A stretch of DNA of 32,000 bases from the NCBI RefSeq assembly GCF_035285525.1, contig NZ_JAYKGW010000176.1:21702-53701 (forward strand), in the 5' to 3' direction. A program made the translations under genes and the position numbers. The stretch comes from Okeania sp. (lineage in GTDB: Bacteria > Cyanobacteriota > Cyanobacteriia > Cyanobacteriales > Microcoleaceae). Within the stretch, counting starts at the first letter, position 1. Each line of letters begins with the position of its first letter. Under the pieces are notes generated by a model that was given only the letters and a program-made list of their open reading frames with translations, was not told the DNA's origin and did no database searches. Shown here one piece after another: positions 25,413 to 32,000 of the stretch.

Positions 25413-25471
25413 GAAAGAGGTTTAAGAGATACTTTACTTTTTATTACATACTTCCTTTTTTTCATGCCAAC

Positions 25472-26377
25472 TTACTTAACTACAACTTGAGCTGCTAATA
25501 ATAAACTTTCCTCACATTTAATTAATTTCCCAATACCTAAAAATTCACCTTCTAAATTGTATACTCGAAAATTATCTTCAGTTTTTTCAGCTTCTATTTC
25601 CCATCCTTTTTGATAGGGTAAACGTTGACCTTGACACCATCTTTTTCCATCTTCAGCAACTAAAAATATCCCTGGTAAATGTGCTAATGCTATATCCATA
25701 GATAAAAGACTAAATTTATTTTCCTGTAGTTGATTTTCCACTTCAGCAAAAGTGAGACTATTTTCCCTAGAAAAACCACTACTTTTGGTTCTAGTTAAAG
25801 CAGCTAAAGTTCCACCAATATTTAAAATTGCACCTAGATCGCGGGCGATCGCTCGAATATAAGTACCACTACCACAAGCGATCGCCAAATCTACCTCCGG
25901 AAAATCTCCTGGTCTCCAGTCAAGAATTTCTATATTAAACACTTCTACCACCCGAGTGGGAACATCAACTGTTTTTCCCTGACGTGCTAAATCATAAAGT
26001 CGTTTTCCTTGTACTTGTATGGCACTATAACTCGGTGGTACTTGCTCAATTTTACCTAAGAAATTTGGCAGCACTGCTTCAATATCTGATAACATTAATT
26101 TTGGTGCTGGCGCAGATTGAATAATTTCTCCCTCTAAATCATCAGTAGTAGTGATTGTACCAAATCTAACTGTACCATGATAAGCTTTGTCTGAGGGTAA
26201 AAATTGTAATAACCTGGTTGCTTTTCCCACTGCAATAGGTAACACACCAGTTGCAGCAGGGTCGAGAGTGCCTCCATGTCCGACACGTTTGAGACGTAGC
26301 AACTTTCGTACTTTTGCTACACAGTCATGGGAAGTCAGACCAGATGGTTTATTGAGATTGAGAAAACCTTGTATCAT
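25472..26377 (-). CDS. truB: tRNA pseudouridine(55) synthase
   Basis: 301 aa. The N-terminus reads [47 protein letters not shown], with the catalytic Asp in the GTLDP motif. Confidence 0.9.
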   Translation of the reverse strand: MIQGFLNLNKPSGLTSHDCVAKVRKLLRLKRVGHGGTLDPAATGVLPIAVGKATRLLQFLPSDKAYHGTVRFGTITTTDDLEGEIIQSAPAPKLMLSDIEAVLPNFLGKIEQVPPSYSAIQVQGKRLYDLARQGKTVDVPTRVVEVFNIEILDWRPGDFPEVDLAIACGSGTYIRAIARDLGAILNIGGTLAALTRTKSSGFSRENSLTFAEVENQLQENKFSLLSMDIALAHLPGIFLVAEDGKRWCQGQRLPYQKGWEIEAEKTEDNFRVYNLEGEFLGIGKLIKCEESLLLAAQVVVK

Positions 26378-26535
26378 AAGTTAGAAGGAAGAAGGAAAGA
26401 TCAATTATTATATAATAATACTCAATAGATTGTGATATCAAGTCCGGCAGTATCGGCAGAATTAATACTGTAGGGGTTTGGTCTCCCAACCCTCTACCAA
26501 ATAGGAGTTTGAGCTAATCTGGAGCTGTCTATTTA

Positions 26536-27369
26536 TTAAATAATTGTGAAGTCGAGATCATTTTCGACGACTCCAATGACTATTGCTAGAAAATCTTCAT
26601 CGTTATTTGTCAACCCACTATTACTATCTATGAAAATGACTGTTCCACTTTCCCCACCTACAACCGTTGTTTTAAATCGCAGATCGTTACGACGCAAACC
26701 ATCAACTAATCCTATTCGATCATTTTCAGCAGTATTATAATCACTAATAATATCTGCTTCTGATACACTCAGACCACCTGTATTTGAAGAAATAATAAAT
26801 AAATCTGTTCCGGTTCCTCCTATTAAAGTGTCAGAATCGCGATCACCTGATAGAGTATCATCACCTTCACCTCCATCTAGACAGTCATCACCTTTACCTC
26901 CATATAGACAATCATTTCCTAAATTACCAAAAAGACAATCATTTCCTAAATTACCATAAAGTGTGTCATCATCATCATTACCAAATAGAGAGTCATTATT
27001 TTTACCACCCCACAATGTATCCTCACCATCATCACCTAAAAGTGAATCTTGGTCTTGCCCACCAAATAGGGAATCACCACTGGTTCCTCCCAGAAGTGTA
27101 TCATTACCCCCACCACCAAAAATTATGTCTTTGCCACCTCTACCTTCTATAGAATCTCTACCTGCAAACCCCACAATTGAATCTGCTCTCGCTGTACCAA
27201 GAGTCTCATCATTATTTTCTGTTAACAAAATTTTATTGAATGAACCTCCTGAACTTCCTTTTCCTGTGGTACTTGTGCTGCCACTACTTCCTGCTTCACT
27301 ATTGGGAGGTGGCGTGAAAAGAACAACTGTAGTACCGTTAAAAAGACCATCTTCTGTTGCAGTTATCAT
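26536..27369 (-). CDS. Calcium-binding protein with RTX (haemolysin-type) nonapeptide repeats
   Basis: 277 aa with many GG.G.D-type nonamers ([50 protein letters not shown]). A Ser/Gly-rich N-terminal segment is present. Confidence 0.8.
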   Translation of the reverse strand: MITATEDGLFNGTTVVLFTPPPNSEAGSSGSTSTTGKGSSGGSFNKILLTENNDETLGTARADSIVGFAGRDSIEGRGGKDIIFGGGGNDTLLGGTSGDSLFGGQDQDSLLGDDGEDTLWGGKNNDSLFGNDDDDTLYGNLGNDCLFGNLGNDCLYGGKGDDCLDGGEGDDTLSGDRDSDTLIGGTGTDLFIISSNTGGLSVSEADIISDYNTAENDRIGLVDGLRRNDLRFKTTVVGGESGTVIFIDSNSGLTNNDEDFLAIVIGVVENDLDFTII

Positions 27370-28012
27370 GACACTTTTAGGAATGACTTCTATTTGTGAC
27401 TATACTAATATATAGCAATTTGCAAAGTTATAAGGTATATTTGTTTTTCTTTTTTTCTATTCGTCTTAAACCTAAAATTTTGTAATTTATGACAACGTTT
27501 TCCGTTGTCGCCATCCAATTTTGTCTAAATTTTTATAATAGTTAATTTGATCCGAATATGATATAATCAATTGCCTATGATTCCTAAACTGCTAAAACAA
27601 GGTAGAACCTAATTTTTCTGTTGGTTGATTGGATGCAGTATATACTCTGTAATTTATCAAAATAATTGGCCAACCCATAAATTTTTCTTAGTTTTCAATT
27701 AAACTTTGGGATCGGCCACAAGTTATAAAATAGTTTACCTTTCACAAAGGCTATCCATATCTAAAATTACAAAAATATGGGAAAAAGTTGTAAAAAAGTA
27801 TACATAGCAAACCACCCCTAAAATTAGAGACTTTAGACTAAATAGGCAATATAAAAGTTAAACTAAGAAAGTAATTTGTTGCTATTTTTGAGACTGGCAA
27901 CTAATTTAAAGAAGTCAATCCTGATATATTGATTATTAATGGCTAACTGCTACGGCTCAAGCTATCAGAGTAATACTAAATATACTTTAAGTGCAAGGAA
28001 ATAATAATAATA

Positions 28013-28972
28013 ATGTTTAATCCAACAGAAATATTAATAGATGCTTTTGTCAAAGAGCTACAAGCAGGATACCATCGTACTTATGGTAATTTTAAACCAG
28101 ATTACCCAGAAATTATTGCCTGGGTAGGAAATATGGCTCTGGAAAATATTGCTAATTGTGATGCACTATATCACAATGTTGAACACACAATGTTGGTTAC
28201 TCTTGTCGGTCAAGAAATTTTACGGGGTAAGCATATTCGTGAAGGTGGAGTTTCTCCTGAAGATTGGTTACATTATATTATTTCCTTATTGTGTCACGAT
28301 ATTGGTTATACCAAAGGGGTCTGCCGAAAAGACCAAGAATTATTAGGTAGGTATGCTAGTGGAATAGGTGGTGAGATGGTTTCTTTGCCAGATGGTGCTA
28401 CTGCGGCTAGTTTGACAGCTTATCATGTTGACCGGGGTAAGTTAGTAATAGATGAACGTTTTGGTGGTCATAAATTAATTGACGCGGATCAAATTAAACG
28501 TAATATTGAATTAACTCGTTTTCCGGTTCCAGCAGCGGAAACTCATCAGGATAGAAATAATTTTTCTGGGTTATCAAGAGCAGCAGATTTAATTGGGCAA
28601 TTAAGTGACCCTAATTATTTGTTGAAAATTAATGCTTTGTTTTATGAATTTGAAGAGGTTGGTACTAATAGAGTTTTAGGTTATAAAACTCCTATGGACC
28701 TCCGACGCAGCTACGCAAAGTTTTATTGGAATGGAGTTTATCCTTATATTCCTGCTGCTCTTAGTTATTTGGAATTAACTCAAAGTGGAAAACAAATTAT
28801 TGCTAATCTCTATGCAAATGTATTTCAGGTAGAACACGCACCTAAAGTAAAAGTTAATGGTACAGGATTAGGACATATTAATGAGAAAGTTGGCAAGAAT
28901 GGAGATTTGAAAACAAAGGAACCAGTTGTTGCACAAAAGAAATTTAGTGAATTTAGTGATTTGAATTTATAA
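28013..28972 (+). CDS. HD-domain metal-dependent phosphohydrolase family protein
   Basis: 319 aa with H...HD metal-site motifs (YHNVEHT, LLCHDIGY). Substrate specificity is unknown. Confidence 0.7.
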   Translation: MFNPTEILIDAFVKELQAGYHRTYGNFKPDYPEIIAWVGNMALENIANCDALYHNVEHTMLVTLVGQEILRGKHIREGGVSPEDWLHYIISLLCHDIGYTKGVCRKDQELLGRYASGIGGEMVSLPDGATAASLTAYHVDRGKLVIDERFGGHKLIDADQIKRNIELTRFPVPAAETHQDRNNFSGLSRAADLIGQLSDPNYLLKINALFYEFEEVGTNRVLGYKTPMDLRRSYAKFYWNGVYPYIPAALSYLELTQSGKQIIANLYANVFQVEHAPKVKVNGTGLGHINEKVGKNGDLKTKEPVVAQKKFSEFSDLNL

Positions 28973-29050
28973 GAAATAGGGAACAGGAAATAAGTAATTA
29001 ATAATTTTATAGATAAAAATTGATTTATTTTTGATTTTTGGAGATGTCTA
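28973..29050 (-). mobile_element. MITE-like element, family A, copy 5, inverted and lacking one terminus
   Basis: The reverse complement reads tagacatctccaaaaatcaaaaataaatcaattt...attaattacttatttcctgttccctatttctt. The element ends at the HD-gene stop codon without the second inverted repeat. Confidence 0.55.
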
Positions 29051-29088
29051 TCCCTTAAAAATTTATGCTTTATAAATATTTTTATTAA

Positions 29089-29226
29089 AATAGCAATCCT
29101 ATATTTATTCTTGTCAAAAATATTACTTATTTTCGGGAATAGGTATGGAGGCAATGGGCAATGGGTAAAAGTTTCAGAATTTATTTATAGCTTTTGGTTG
29201 ATTACAACCTCTTTAGGATTGCTATA
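29089..29226 (+). mobile_element. MITE-like element, family B, full copy
   Basis: aatagcaatcctata ... ggtaaaagtttcagaatttatttatagcttttggttgattacaacctctttaggattgctata. Confidence 0.6.
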
Positions 29227-29243
29227 TCAAATTTTATTATTTT

Positions 29244-29350
29244 AGGTATGGAGGGAATAGGGAATAGGAAACAGGTAAGAGTTACGATTCCCGAAAAATC
29301 AGTTTTTTATCTACTTTTTGATTTTTCGCAACCTATTTAAGATTGCTATA
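29244..29350 (+). mobile_element. MITE-like element, family B, partial copy in tandem with the previous one
   Basis: aggtatggagggaatagggaataggaaacaggtaagagtt...ttttatctactttttgatttttcgcaacctatttaagattgctata. The left terminus is missing. Confidence 0.55.
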
Positions 29351-29672
29351 TTAAAGTTGGAAGAATAAATATATTTAAAAATAGACTTTTTTCTGATTAG
29401 TAACTAACTTGTCATTCATTGGTTGGTATTGTCTAAAATGTAAGGATTTCCTGCGGAATGCTGCGCAAACAGCTATTAGCTTTTGAACGTAATGACTTAC
29501 TAAAGTTATCTGATAACCTTTTTGTTTTGGCGCAAAAAGCAGAAGCAAACATATTTAACTTCTAAGAAAGCAATTCCTCATTCGGTGCAATAATGATCTA
29601 ATAACTCATAGTTGATAGCTGTTAGCTGACCGCTGAATGTTTACTCTAAAAATTGAGGGAAGGAAATAATAA

Positions 29673-31883
<2,211 letters not shown>

Positions 31884-31906
31884 TTTAGCTAGTTATAGTA
31901 ATCCTA

Positions 31907-32000
31907 AGTAGGGGCAGGTTTTAGTCATAATTTTCATGTTTATTTTCAGATTTAGATAAATTTGTCTCCCATGAGTAGGGGCAGGTTTTAGTCATAATTT
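31907..32000 (+). mobile_element. Family C hairpin elements: one complete-looking copy plus one cut by the window end
   Basis: gtaggggcaggttttagtcataattttcatgtttattttcagatttagataaatttgtctccc is followed by a second gtaggggcaggttttagtcataattt at 31973 onward. Confidence 0.5.

Noticed and set aside
26963-27415. 150-aa Pro/Ser-rich ORF, plus the ORFs at 26961-27152 and 26546-26740, antisense to the RTX gene
   Set aside because: The low-complexity P/S/L composition is simply the complement of the GG.G.D repeat codons. The RTX frame is the coherent one.
28825-29154. 109-aa - strand ORF downstream of the HD gene, plus the ORF at 28149-28346
   Set aside because: The first overlaps the HD CDS 3' end and then traverses family A and B MITEs. 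The second is an internal out-of-frame ORF of the HD gene.

Overview
This is a chromosomal segment of an AT-rich, filamentous, heterocyst-type (Nostocales-like) cyanobacterium. That assignment is an inference from at least 14 HIP1 octamers (GCGATCGC), many different tandem heptamer (STRR-type) arrays, an ndhD4-chpX CO2-uptake pair, an AMIN-domain AmiC amidase and a PatA-type response regulator. I saw no rRNA, tRNA, CRISPR array, transposase or integrase.

Core genes, in order:
- ndhD4, then a decayed toxin-antitoxin remnant, then chpX
- amiC convergent with murQ
- a DUF3110 gene
- a MOD1-like protein followed by a histidine kinase
- znuB, znuC and znuA, with a perfect Fur/Zur-type palindrome upstream of znuA
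- fumC
- a PatA-type response regulator
- truB
- an RTX calcium-binding protein
- an HD-domain protein
- ligA

Nearly every intergenic region is packed with several families of about 80-210 bp MITE-like elements and heptamer arrays.

Two very low-GC accessory islets stand out against this background.

(1) 4939-7285 holds a tail-to-tail pair: a 2-TM protein with an unassigned soluble domain, and a highly divergent TrpD-fold (glycosyltransferase family 3, PRPP-type motifs) protein. This is my best candidate for an undescribed accessory or defence-like module.

(2) 18296-20841 holds two diverged paralogues of a 197-aa Cys-containing membrane protein, one of which carries a single in-frame stop. 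They flank an orphan 176-aa gene and a methyltransferase remnant. Sequence identity between the two copies begins and ends exactly at the CDS boundaries, and MITE termini sit at both stop codons.

Other points of interest are an in-frame repeat-derived insertion in ligA and a MITE-split znu operon.

All family assignments come from motif recognition by eye and from memory. No searches were run.
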